From Minutocellus sp. GHC0000111 (taxonomy: Eukaryota), in the NCBI GenBank assembly GCA_977018835.1, contig OZ361259.1, positions 2,418,001 through 2,482,000 of the forward strand: a stretch of 64,000 nucleotides of DNA, written 5' to 3'. Below, in pieces: positions 11,445 through 21,638 of this stretch (positions are counted from its first letter, which is position 1; each line of letters begins with the position of its first letter). The notes under the pieces were generated by a model. That model saw nothing but the letters and a program-made list of their open reading frames with translations. It had not been told where the DNA came from and did no database searches. The position numbers and the translations under genes were made by a program.

Positions 11445-12035
11445 TGTCGGCTTGACCACAAGCCCTGTGTGTTTATGTAACTATCCGGCCCCTTAAGGGC
11501 CTCAGGAATCTCGACATGTCGTGTGCCCGACGCTCGCTTTATCGCTTGCGTCTGTGGCCAACATGGCTTCCGGCGAACGAGGTTTGTCCCTGTGACACTC
11601 CTCAACCGAACTTTCCCCTGTATGTAGCCTCAACTCTTAAATTAGAGGAGTAATTATCATCAATAAATCGCGTCAGTAATGACGCCTGTGCTGGCCTACG
11701 TGGACTCTTTCTTTCGCTAAGATTTTCAATAATTGTTTTGTTCGTGAAGAATCGATGAAGAATGTGGATTCTTCACTGACGTGTAGGTAGGTAACTTCTC
11801 TCCCGTTCTCGTTGAATTTTGACGATGATAACGATAAAAAAGAAAGTGAATGACGCCCAATCCTGAACGAAATGGCCTACAACATCGGAACTACCAATTT
11901 CGCCGACGCGTCCTCAAGCATGCGCAGATCTCAAACTAAGCGTGGGGCCGGTAGCCGGTAGCCAACCAGCAACTGTCCGCACATTACATTTCATATCCCG
12001 TCCACTTGCGTTGCAGAGCACCATCTAAACCAAGC

Positions 12036-13232
12036 ATGAACCGCATCGATTCCCTCCTGCTCCTCCATCGGCGCCTCGATGGCGACCACGACGACGAACA
12101 AACTGCAACGTCGACAATGCCAGCAGCGAGCGTGGTCGATGCTGCGGATAGCCCTTTGGATTCGGTATCGACGCTGAACAGCGTCCTCGAAGAAGACGAA
12201 GACGAAGAACACCATTTTCATCGCCACGAGGAAGGGAGATGTTCTGAAGTAGACGGCGACTCTGATCTTGTCGTTGGGTTCCCACCTGTGCCACGGCGAT
12301 CGTCTGAGGCATTGCAGGAAGAAGAAGATAGTGACGATGAGACGACGAACACTGGCCCTGTAAGTCGACGACGGTCTTCGCTGCGGCCATCTTCTTCTTG
12401 CAGCAGCAGCCAGCACAAGGCTGTACGATTTGTCCTCCCACATGAAGATCCAGTCGCCATCCATTACATCGAATCAGTGCTCGACATGTCTCCCCAAGAA
12501 ATATCGAAACTGTGGATTACGTCCACCGAACGCGCCGAGATCAACCGGCGCAACAAGGAAACCGTCAAGAGTATGCGCCGGTCTCATTCCGAGAACGACC
12601 TAAACTACCTTGGTCAGAGCAGCCGGGGTTTAGAGCATCTGCAAAGCTCCCGCATCCTCCGTGCTCTGGCCCAGTCGCAGCGAGACCTCATCGATGCCGT
12701 TCTTCATTTGCAAGCCGTCCAGCGCAAGAACTCAAGCTTCCACCCGTATCGTCACGAACAGAACGAAGCATTCGCCAGAGATCTTGCCCTTCTTGCACGA
12801 CAAATGTCCCAATCTGCTCGCGCCCGTGCCATTGAGACAGCCGAGGCCGACGCTGCCACAGCTGCTCTCATCGCTGCGATGGATTTGCAAGAAACGCAGG
12901 GCGAAGAAGGTCAGGCTACCAGTACTGGTACCGGTGCCGGTGCCGGTCCTACCAACAATGATCGGCGGCGTCGACACAGCGACGTTACACATCTTCCATC
13001 TATCCCACAAGAACGCCCCTCGCCCGACCTACCTACCATTGGCTCTGCCTCCGCTGGTAGAACTCCCACTTCTGCCTCCAATCATGCCGCGATGAGACAA
13101 GCGTATCTTGCTAACCTCCAGGAGACGTTGGAGCTTGGCGTTTTCGACAATGCCGGTGACAATCAATCCGTCGCTTCTACCGTTCATGGCGCCACATCGG
13201 TTGGGTCGCAGGACTCTCCTCTTTGCTTTTAG
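12036..13232 (+). CDS. Diatom-type uncharacterised protein (VRF...LW...RGLEHL...AVL family)
   Basis: VRF, EISKLW, RGLEHL.S, IDAVL..Q and SQ.AR.RA motifs shared with the paralog at 33205-33666. Confidence 0.7.
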   Translation: MNRIDSLLLLHRRLDGDHDDEQTATSTMPAASVVDAADSPLDSVSTLNSVLEEDEDEEHHFHRHEEGRCSEVDGDSDLVVGFPPVPRRSSEALQEEEDSDDETTNTGPVSRRRSSLRPSSSCSSSQHKAVRFVLPHEDPVAIHYIESVLDMSPQEISKLWITSTERAEINRRNKETVKSMRRSHSENDLNYLGQSSRGLEHLQSSRILRALAQSQRDLIDAVLHLQAVQRKNSSFHPYRHEQNEAFARDLALLARQMSQSARARAIETAEADAATAALIAAMDLQETQGEEGQATSTGTGAGAGPTNNDRRRRHSDVTHLPSIPQERPSPDLPTIGSASAGRTPTSASNHAAMRQAYLANLQETLELGVFDNAGDNQSVASTVHGATSVGSQDSPLCF

Positions 13233-13583
13233 CCACGCTGGTCTCGCTACCTAGAAAGTAGAGCTGGATCTATTAGCTGGGAGTATATCTCTAGAGCAAC
13301 GACACTACACACGCATTCATGCATATTGATTTTTTAGAGTACATGTAGATTTTTGCACACAAAATACAAATTTTGATTGAAACAATATCGGCGATATTCA
13401 TTTATCCGTGCAAGTAAGCATTGCCATTTACGATTGTCTATATCTCCCTCTAGCTAGGAGGGGCACTGTAGGCTCTTCGCAAAAAGAAGGTTGCTCTATC
13501 TTTTGTTCTACATGTTGTGTATCGTTCAGATAGGCTACTGTTACTTTTTCAGTTTCATTTCAGGCATAAACTGCATAATTTAA

Positions 13584-16331
13584 CTAATCATAATCAAAAC
13601 GAATCTTTTTGTTTTGTGGTGTTTGAGAAGTTGACTTGCTTTCCCCAACATGACTGGCGTCTCGTTTTGCCCTGTCTCGTAGAGCATCAATGTCCTCCTT
13701 GTCGTCCGCCCACTCCAGGACCAGATGGCGACCATAAAGATGAGTGCTGGACAAAGCCTTCATGGCATTTTGAGCCTCCTGAGATGTTAAGAACTCGACG
13801 AAGGCAAAGCCTCTGTGAGATCCATCAAATTTCTTCGGAAGGCGCACTTTCTTCAGCTGCCCATATGCGCCAAATAATTGAAGTATCTCCTTCCTCGTTG
13901 CCTGAAATGGGACGTTGCGGACCATTAATTTCTTGCTCTTGAGACCTCCCGAGGCGGGAGCGGTGGCACTTTTCTTTGGAGCCGAGGCTGCACCTGTCTT
14001 GCCAGAAAACTTGATTTCCAAAGAGTGTCCATCCAAAAAGGAACCTTGCATTTTCTTCATGGCCTTGCGGGCGGCAGCATCGCTGTCGAACTCGATGAAG
14101 CCAAAGCCCATGGAAAGCTGCCTCATTTCAGGTTCGGCGCCGGGCATCGATCGTCCCACCTTTTTCTTCACCGGAGCCAGCTTGGTTGGAATTCGCACAG
14201 CGCGGGCCTTGTGGCCTGCACGCTTGAAGGCCTCGAGCAACTGTTCCTCTGTAGTTGAGAAGTTGAGATTTTTGCAATACAAAGTCGAAGCCGTGTTTTG
14301 CTCCTCGTCGTCATCGCCAACCTGTTCTTCCTCGTCATCTTTATTGGAATTCTTTGCGGTACCTTCGGTGGATGGGGCAACTTCGCTCTGCTTGGCAGCG
14401 AGTGGGGCCCACTCGAGATAGAGCGGTACATGTTTGAAGCGCTTGTAGGCCAATTTTCGGAATGCCTTCCTGGCGTCTACAGCGTGACCGTACTCGACCA
14501 AGGCGATTGTTCGTGAAGGGGGGAGTAGGATGCGGGAAGGCGCATCACCGACGCCGTTGAATAGCTTGGTTAGATCATCTTCGGTAGTGTCATATGGAAG
14601 GTTCTTTACGAGCATCATTTCCTTGCTCCGCTTCACGTCGTGGAGAATTTCCACACCCTTTCCACTGCTTCCCGAAACGAGAATGTTCATGTCAATACCA
14701 TGCTGCTGAAAGTACTCTCGGTTCTCTTCGATAATTTGAGTCTCACCCAGCGCCAGACGAACTGCTGCACCGCCAGAGGATAAGTCGTCTTTGACATTCA
14801 AAATATCACCCTTGGCAAGACCCAGCCTGTCAGATAAGTTGTCAACCACGGCGTCTCCTCGAACGAAGCTGCTGGACCAACCTGCGGCAACATTCTCAGC
14901 ACCCTTTTGCCTAGCAAGCTCCTGTTTCTTTTTGTAAGTCATATCTCCACCGTCACCTGGGATATCACTAGCGCCAGCAGTGCCTTCTTCTCTGCCTTTC
15001 TTGGCCGGTATTACGTGCATCAATCTTCCCTGAAAATCAGATCCGTCGAGAGCATTTCTTGCCGTCAGAGCATCATTGGAGGAGGAGAATCGAACGAAGG
15101 CATATCCTTTGTTGCGCTTTGTATCGTCAACAGGAATATGACATTCCACTACCTCGCCAAATGCCTCAAACGCCTCCTTTACTTCTTCTTCAGTAGCGGC
15201 AAAAGGAAGGTTACGAACGAATAGACGATCGCGAGCACATCCATCATCGTCCTCTTCGGCGTCATCATCATTATCGTTCGCGTGAGATACTGGTTGAAAA
15301 TCTCGGGATGCACCACTATCCTTTGCGTCTTCAACCTCTTCGTCATCGCTATCAGAATCATCGTCACTGCTGCTATCACTAGGGGCGGAGCTACTACTGT
15401 CAGAGCCGGCACTGCTTTCATCGTCATTCTTTGGACGTTTCTTTGCTCCATTGTCATGCACATCCTCCATATCCTCACCATCGTCGTCGTCGTCGTCGGA
15501 CAACAGCTCGTCCTTGGCCGTTGTTTTCGAACGAAGAAAGTCCATATCAGATACTGCGGCACCGGCATAGGCTCCTCGGCTACCTGCTAAAGCATCGGCA
15601 CCCTCCCCGCCGCTATCGACAGAACTATCGTCAGATACACTGTCATCGTCGTCACTCTCATCGCTATTGGAGTCGCTATTGGAATGACTTTCTTCCATCC
15701 TACTTTTCTTCTTTGCATCCTCATCATTCGATTTTTCAATAACTCCAACATTATCGTTGGCCCATGCCTTGGCCTTGCCCCCGCCTGAGGTAGCCGATGA
15801 AGCACCCATCAGCTGAAGGAATTCCTCCTTCTTTCGCAGAAGTTCTTCATCGGCGGCAGATTTGGTCTTGCCCTGTTCATCGGCCATCTCATCTGAAACC
15901 TTGCGAACGCTGGCTCCGCCCTTTGCTTTGGATGCACCATTAGTATCTGCTTCATCTTGCTTGGCATGAGTACGTTCGTAACGTGAGCTGCCTTTGCTGT
16001 GCTTCGACCACGGTCGGTGTCCCGTCTCCTCGGCCGATGCCTTCTTGGAGAATGCAAGCTCGACGGCCAGCCGGGACGTCTTGGCGTAGGTCCCATGGAA
16101 GGCCTTTACGGCCCGGGCGGCCTGATCATGTGTCTTGAACCCCACAAAGGCCAGCTTGCGCGACTTGCCGTCCTTGGTCTTGAGGATGCGGCAGTCCGTG
16201 ATGGTTAAGTTGGACGTCGAGGACGGTCCAGACTCGAGGATGTGCCGGCGGAGCTTGGCATCGTCAAAAGCCGGGGGGACATTCTTGATGCAAATGCGCG
16301 TCGGTTTAGGAGCAGCAGCGGGGCTAGACAT
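13584..16331 (-). CDS. MRD1: Multiple RRM-domain protein MRD1/RBM19 (ribosome biogenesis)
   Basis: Five RRMs (RICIKNVP..AFVGFK; RLFVRNLP..KGYAFV; LVKNLP..PLYLEWAP; LYCKNLNF..MGFGFIEF; LMVRNVPF..RGFAFVEF..HLYGRHLVLEWA) and the AVRLALGET motif. Confidence 0.95.
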   Translation of the reverse strand: MSSPAAAPKPTRICIKNVPPAFDDAKLRRHILESGPSSTSNLTITDCRILKTKDGKSRKLAFVGFKTHDQAARAVKAFHGTYAKTSRLAVELAFSKKASAEETGHRPWSKHSKGSSRYERTHAKQDEADTNGASKAKGGASVRKVSDEMADEQGKTKSAADEELLRKKEEFLQLMGASSATSGGGKAKAWANDNVGVIEKSNDEDAKKKSRMEESHSNSDSNSDESDDDDSVSDDSSVDSGGEGADALAGSRGAYAGAAVSDMDFLRSKTTAKDELLSDDDDDDGEDMEDVHDNGAKKRPKNDDESSAGSDSSSSAPSDSSSDDDSDSDDEEVEDAKDSGASRDFQPVSHANDNDDDAEEDDDGCARDRLFVRNLPFAATEEEVKEAFEAFGEVVECHIPVDDTKRNKGYAFVRFSSSNDALTARNALDGSDFQGRLMHVIPAKKGREEGTAGASDIPGDGGDMTYKKKQELARQKGAENVAAGWSSSFVRGDAVVDNLSDRLGLAKGDILNVKDDLSSGGAAVRLALGETQIIEENREYFQQHGIDMNILVSGSSGKGVEILHDVKRSKEMMLVKNLPYDTTEDDLTKLFNGVGDAPSRILLPPSRTIALVEYGHAVDARKAFRKLAYKRFKHVPLYLEWAPLAAKQSEVAPSTEGTAKNSNKDDEEEQVGDDDEEQNTASTLYCKNLNFSTTEEQLLEAFKRAGHKARAVRIPTKLAPVKKKVGRSMPGAEPEMRQLSMGFGFIEFDSDAAARKAMKKMQGSFLDGHSLEIKFSGKTGAASAPKKSATAPASGGLKSKKLMVRNVPFQATRKEILQLFGAYGQLKKVRLPKKFDGSHRGFAFVEFLTSQEAQNAMKALSSTHLYGRHLVLEWADDKEDIDALRDRAKRDASHVGESKSTSQTPQNKKIRFDYD

Positions 16332-16615
16332 GGTGTTGCAGCTGGGTGGAACTGGTATGTCTACGTGATCGATCCTTTGCTGCTATTCGCGGCACCGCGA
16401 TGATGATTTCTTCTGTGGGAGGTGGGAGGCGGGCCGGGGGCGGAATGAATGGCGGCGCGAGCAAACATGAAAAAGCACAGACGCCGTACCTAGGTAGCCT
16501 GTTGTGCTGGCAATCGCATCATGCAAAATAAAGCAGTCAACACGCGGCGGCGGCGGAGCAGAGGGCACACTCAATGAATCTGGATCTACATCTACTACAT
16601 GTAACTCTAGCTAGC

Positions 16616-18226
16616 TTATGAAATGGCTACATATACGCCACAACCGGCACTGGCACACCGACGGTGCATCCTCTTTGCTCCAGACCGACTTCCATGCCCA
16701 AAACCCCCATCACTGCTGCCGCCAGAAAATTGCAGCAATGACGATTGCGGTGGCCCAAACGACGAGCCGATATTATTGTTATGAATATGATGATGATGAG
16801 AGAGACTATGGCTACTGTCTGCTGTGGTATCGGTATCGGTGCCAATGCTGGTATTGAGCAGGCAACTTTCCGAAAAGTGCCGCCGGTGAGACCGGGTGCG
16901 TTTTGGGGGTTGTTGGTTCAGTAGCAGCTTTTCGTCATCATCATGTATTGGTGGTGTCGATGGTCGTGCCTGTGGTGCTGCATGACGGAAGCTCTGTTGA
17001 TCTTGACCAACTACACGGAACAAGGAGTCTCTGCTGTGATGCGATGGAGAGGTGGATCGTCTCCCACCTTCGGCACTGTAGACAGTGGCGGCGGACTTCG
17101 TCCCGTCAGCGGCGGTCATGGGAGCGGCGGCAGCACCAATGTGCTCCAACAATCCCAGACGACCTAAAAAGGAGGAATCCCTCGATTGGCTCTTGAAGTG
17201 GCCAGGCGGTCTCCGATTGCTGCGATCCCTCGCTGCTCCCCCGCCGCCGACCCTGCTGCCGGCACCGCCACTGGAATTTCGATTCATCATTGACGATTTG
17301 CACGGAGAGCTGGTCGACAACGAGTACGACATGTACGATGGCTCGTCATCGTCTCCATGTGCGTTGTCATGCTGGTGGTGGTAGGCGTCGTCCAGATTTG
17401 TGGCAGTGCCATCAGCATCGACATCTACATCGCCACCCGCTTCAGCGCCGCAGAGGGCATTCGTCGAGGAGTAGACACGGTTGGTGCTACTACTAGTGGT
17501 GTTGTTGGAAGCCTCGCGCCTCCTGTCGGTCCAATACCGACGCCTCGGATCATCCTGCTGTTCGGAACCGCCGCCAATACCACGGCCGCCGTGGCCCAGA
17601 TCTACCTCGAGGGAGCTGAGGGTGCTGGCTCCGTCGTCAATGTCGTCACTGTCACCGTTGCCGTCAGCATCGTTCATGACATCCTCACGCACCAGCCTGG
17701 ACCGAGAGTGTCGAATGACAACCTCCTTCATGGCGACGGGAATTTCAATGGCGACGCTCTGCCTCTGCTGTCGGGGTGTTTCGGCGGCGGCGGCGGCGGC
17801 AGCAGCTGCGGCGATGGGCCCACCCGCGTAGGTGTGACGTCGGTGAAGCTGCGGTTGCTGCAATTGCTGTGGCTGTGGCCTGGAACGATGGTGAAGCAGC
17901 AGCAGCGCGTCTCGTTGAAAGTCGCTGCTCCCGCTCACGCTGCTGCTCCCTCCAAGCGACGAGGAGGAGCAGGACGACAGATGAAAATCGTCGTCGTCAT
18001 CGTCGTCGTAAACTGCGCCGACGGCAGCACTGGTAGTGGCGGTGGGAAGACGGCGGCGGCTCAGGCTCTGCTCCGGTGATACCATGGCGGCATTGCCATG
18101 GTCATGGCCATGGGCATCGGCGGCGGCAGCGGTCGACCACGAAGTGTGAGCTCGTCGACGAAGCGTCTTCGGCGTCGTCGTGCACGGCGGCGGCACATCT
18201 TGTGCCTGGGAAGGGAACGATTCCAT
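16616..18226 (-). CDS. Low-complexity hypothetical protein
   Basis: 536-aa ORF with ATG start; Ser/His/Asp-rich; recurring HxRxxS-like motifs. Confidence 0.55.
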   Translation of the reverse strand: MESFPSQAQDVPPPCTTTPKTLRRRAHTSWSTAAAADAHGHDHGNAAMVSPEQSLSRRRLPTATTSAAVGAVYDDDDDDDFHLSSCSSSSLGGSSSVSGSSDFQRDALLLLHHRSRPQPQQLQQPQLHRRHTYAGGPIAAAAAAAAAAETPRQQRQSVAIEIPVAMKEVVIRHSRSRLVREDVMNDADGNGDSDDIDDGASTLSSLEVDLGHGGRGIGGGSEQQDDPRRRYWTDRRREASNNTTSSSTNRVYSSTNALCGAEAGGDVDVDADGTATNLDDAYHHQHDNAHGDDDEPSYMSYSLSTSSPCKSSMMNRNSSGGAGSRVGGGGAARDRSNRRPPGHFKSQSRDSSFLGRLGLLEHIGAAAAPMTAADGTKSAATVYSAEGGRRSTSPSHHSRDSLFRVVGQDQQSFRHAAPQARPSTPPIHDDDEKLLLNQQPPKRTRSHRRHFSESCLLNTSIGTDTDTTADSSHSLSHHHHIHNNNIGSSFGPPQSSLLQFSGGSSDGGFGHGSRSGAKRMHRRCASAGCGVYVAIS

Positions 18227-18548
18227 GCGATCGCGATGCTATTTCGCCGGGCTATCGTTGTGCCATTGCGTTGTGTTGCCTCTAAAAAGCTAACAAACAA
18301 TTGGTGATGCCCTCGATATGCAAGCACATCCCGTGGATGATGGTATCTGCCGCCGAACTCGCGCGCCGGGCGTGCCAAAACCAAAAATTTCAGATTTGAG
18401 ATTGGCGGGACCACTCTCTAAAAGAAAAGTCTTTCCATAACGCAACAACGCAACACGGCAGCAACCATGATGATGACGACGGGTCGAGGGGCATCATCAG
18501 CAAGCTAGAGACGACCATCAGCAGTCTCTTTTCACCAGTAGGTCTACA

Positions 18549-20299
18549 ATGTCCACATGCACAACAGCAAGAGGGAGAAAACGAACGCATGGCGTCGCAA
18601 TGACAACGAATAATAATCGTCGCAAGATCAGGATACCGAGGCCATCCTCGGCCGGAACCCTGGCCGTCCTTCTCATCGTGTCATCGTGCTGCAGCCGCCA
18701 GCACCACGGCAAGATGCAGGGGACGGCGCTCCACGCTGGTGGGATCTGGGGCACGGTGATGACGATGTTGCCCGTGTTGACGGCGGTGGCCGCTGAGGAA
18801 CAACAAATGCCGGTGGTGGATTCTTACCAGGGAGAAATGGTGGATCCCGTGGAACTGGGCGCTCATCACGATGATGAAGAAGAGCAACACATGTCGCCAC
18901 TTGCTGCTGCTGCAGATATCGGTACACGAAGCGATGATACAGCAGAAGCGGCTGTGCCACCCGCGCAAGAGGAGCAGGTTGGACTGGAAAAAGCAAGATC
19001 CAGCGAGGAGGCAGAAGATCCCACGGCCAACAAGGCGAGAGAGGCACAGAGCACACAACCACTGCACCACAAGGACAATGAAACCACCGTCTCCTCAAAG
19101 AAAAAGGGTGTGCCGTTTGGTGGATTTGCTGGCACAGCTGCCGCTGCTGCTACGGCGGATACTAACACCTCGGCAACGACGGTGGCAACGAAAACTTCTC
19201 CAAGCAAGAATGACAACATCATCCCGCCGGATGGGTTCGTCTTGGCATCCCGCATTGTATCGATCGAAGGGTTGTCGTGTTTTGTGGATAGTGTTGGGGT
19301 CGGAGCGAGCACAGAAAGCGATGCCAACGCAGCTGGCGCACTTAGTCCTCCGCCGGTATTTGGCGATTTGACAATCCCTTTCTTGGATTGTGGCGCCGTC
19401 GGTTCCTTCACGGATGCCATTGGCATGAGAGATTGCTCCTTCCGGCACTTGCCATCGGGCGCCGAGCCGTTTGGTTGGGCGACGGTCGATGCACCCCAAC
19501 TGGTGGTAGCGCTCCAGCCTCTTGAGGTGACCGTCAGTGGTGGCGGTGGCGATGATGGGCTGGAATCGACTCGGCGCAACTTCCGGGCTGGTGATGTTTT
19601 GTTGTTTGAAGATACCGACGGCAAGGGTCACAAGATGAAGGCGGCACCGGTCAAGAAGAAGGGTGCAACTGGAGGCAAGCCTGCAGCAACCCCAATCTTG
19701 CACCCGGATATGAGCGTATTGATTATTTCACTTCCTCCCCAGAAGCGCCACGGCAACCATCGTCGTGCCGGTACCGGGGCCACTTCTGGTAGCAGCGGTA
19801 GCAAAGACAAGACAGCTATCCGCCTTCCAGCTCTATTCGGCAGACGAAACAGCCACAACAACGAAGGTGGCTCTGTCGATGGGGATCCACCTCGGCCGTG
19901 CCTCGTCGAAACGGATGGAACCTACTCGTCTCTTGGGCCACCTGCATCGCAAACATTATCAGATGTGCTGCCGCAGTTGGGGCTGTGCTTTCAGCATTGA
20001 TGACGGACCGATGGCTTGGACGAGGTCAACCTCGAATATCAGGCTGGCTGGGAGGATGCGCCCTCGTCGTCGGTGGCACATGTGGTGTCGCAGCCGTCGG
20101 GGAGGGGACACTGGAGTCCCTGGCAGATTGGTGGGAAGAATTTGTCATACGTAGAAGATTTATGGATGGTGAAGATGTCGTCGAAGATGTGGGTAATAAC
20201 GACAACGAGGATCTGGATTTGGATGGCCTAAAAGAGGAGATCAAGGAAGAGATTTTGCCGCAAATGCTTGCAGGACGGAATTCTTCTGAGAAGTTATGA
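18549..20299 (+). CDS. Membrane/secreted protein with cupin-like motif (paralog 1); apparent frameshift near 19990
   Basis: QLVVALQPLEVTVSG..RRNFRAGDVLLFEDTDGKGHK resembles small bacterial cupins; hydrophobic N-terminal segments; C-terminal TM segment continues in ORF 19898-20299. Confidence 0.65.
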
Positions 20300-20359
20300 A
20301 AGTTGTATATACTATCTAGTTAGTTCATACATGATCCATAAATCGAATCATTCTCAATT

Positions 20360-21505
20360 TCATACTGCAAGCATATCGATCAATTGAGGAGACAGCCGAA
20401 GCAGACTGTAAATAGTTTCAACTCCCTTCTCATCATCATTTGCGGAGCAAGCTGCCAGCATAAAGGGATACAATCCCTCAGCACGACACAGCAAGGCATC
20501 GGGTTTTATCTCCCATATTGATTGCACAACTCCAGGCACTGTGTCGGAATTACTCTCGTCCGAATTCGTCCAATGGAAACCTGATAAAATGGCGATGCAC
20601 AGAGCACTTTGTTCCGATTTTGTCTTTTCTTCCAGCAATCTAGCAGCATTTGGATGCGATTTCAAGAGCTGCCTTACATAATGCGCATTGTTGTAAAAAT
20701 GCTCTGCCGTCCACTCAATTGTGGCATCTCTTTCTTTCGATATTGCCATTTCCAATGCATTTGCGAGGCAACACCCTTCGTCTTCGTTCCGTCTACTTGT
20801 CCATTTGATTCTGTAGATGAGTTCAGACAATATCGGAGGTATTGCCGGTGATGCCATTGCTAACAATTCATGCATATGCTGGGTATTCTTGGCTTCTCTC
20901 GGATGCCCTGAAGCCGCTGCCAAGACACAATTTGCCCGTTCCCAAAAGAATCGCAGAGACATCCAGCTCTCCAATTCGCTCTCGTTTCTTATTCTATCCA
21001 AGGACGGTGCGACGGGCTTGACCTTCCAACGGCCCTTTGTGTTGTACCAATCGCAGAGTTCCAATAACGGTGTGCGGCCACGTTCATCACACATCATTGC
21101 CATTGCTTTCGGGTCGGATGACTTGTCGATGAGCAATCGAAGCACGTCTACATGGGCGCCTGTCGCACAGCCAATCAGCAGTGGCGTGGAGCCATCAGAA
21201 GTCTGCAGCACGGCCAGATCCACCTTTGGTCGGGCACACCGCTCGGCAACCGTCAGTAGAGCATCGATGGCATCGATCGGGGCACCATTGAAGACACATA
21301 TGTGCAGAGCAGTGTTCTTCCACTCATCTCCAGACACCAAAGCCCTGTGGAGTCGAGAGGCGTGCTGTTCGCCACCGGGAAGATTCTTTGTCTCGGATAT
21401 TCGCTGCCAGGAACGTCGGCAAAGCTCCTTCATATCATCCCACGCGTAGGAGGCTGCACATCGGTACAGACTCAGGGCGTCTAGGTCCTCTTCGTTGGCC
21501 GCCAT
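20360..21505 (-). CDS. Ankyrin-repeat protein
   Basis: KNTALHIC, GSTPLLIGC and GRTPLLEL repeats plus C-terminal GLYPFMLAA..TIYSLLR typical of diatom ankyrin-like proteins. Confidence 0.75.
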   Translation of the reverse strand: MAANEEDLDALSLYRCAASYAWDDMKELCRRSWQRISETKNLPGGEQHASRLHRALVSGDEWKNTALHICVFNGAPIDAIDALLTVAERCARPKVDLAVLQTSDGSTPLLIGCATGAHVDVLRLLIDKSSDPKAMAMMCDERGRTPLLELCDWYNTKGRWKVKPVAPSLDRIRNESELESWMSLRFFWERANCVLAAASGHPREAKNTQHMHELLAMASPAIPPILSELIYRIKWTSRRNEDEGCCLANALEMAISKERDATIEWTAEHFYNNAHYVRQLLKSHPNAARLLEEKTKSEQSALCIAILSGFHWTNSDESNSDTVPGVVQSIWEIKPDALLCRAEGLYPFMLAACSANDDEKGVETIYSLLRLSPQLIDMLAV

Positions 21506-21638
21506 CTTCCACACGTCTTTGAGAATGAGGTCAACAGCACGCAAGTTGAATGTACGAAAGAGCCTCGTACGTACTGTACGAGCTCGTACGGCATACGCCA
21601 CAAGCATCACAAGCACCACAACACGTCCAAAGCAAGCC

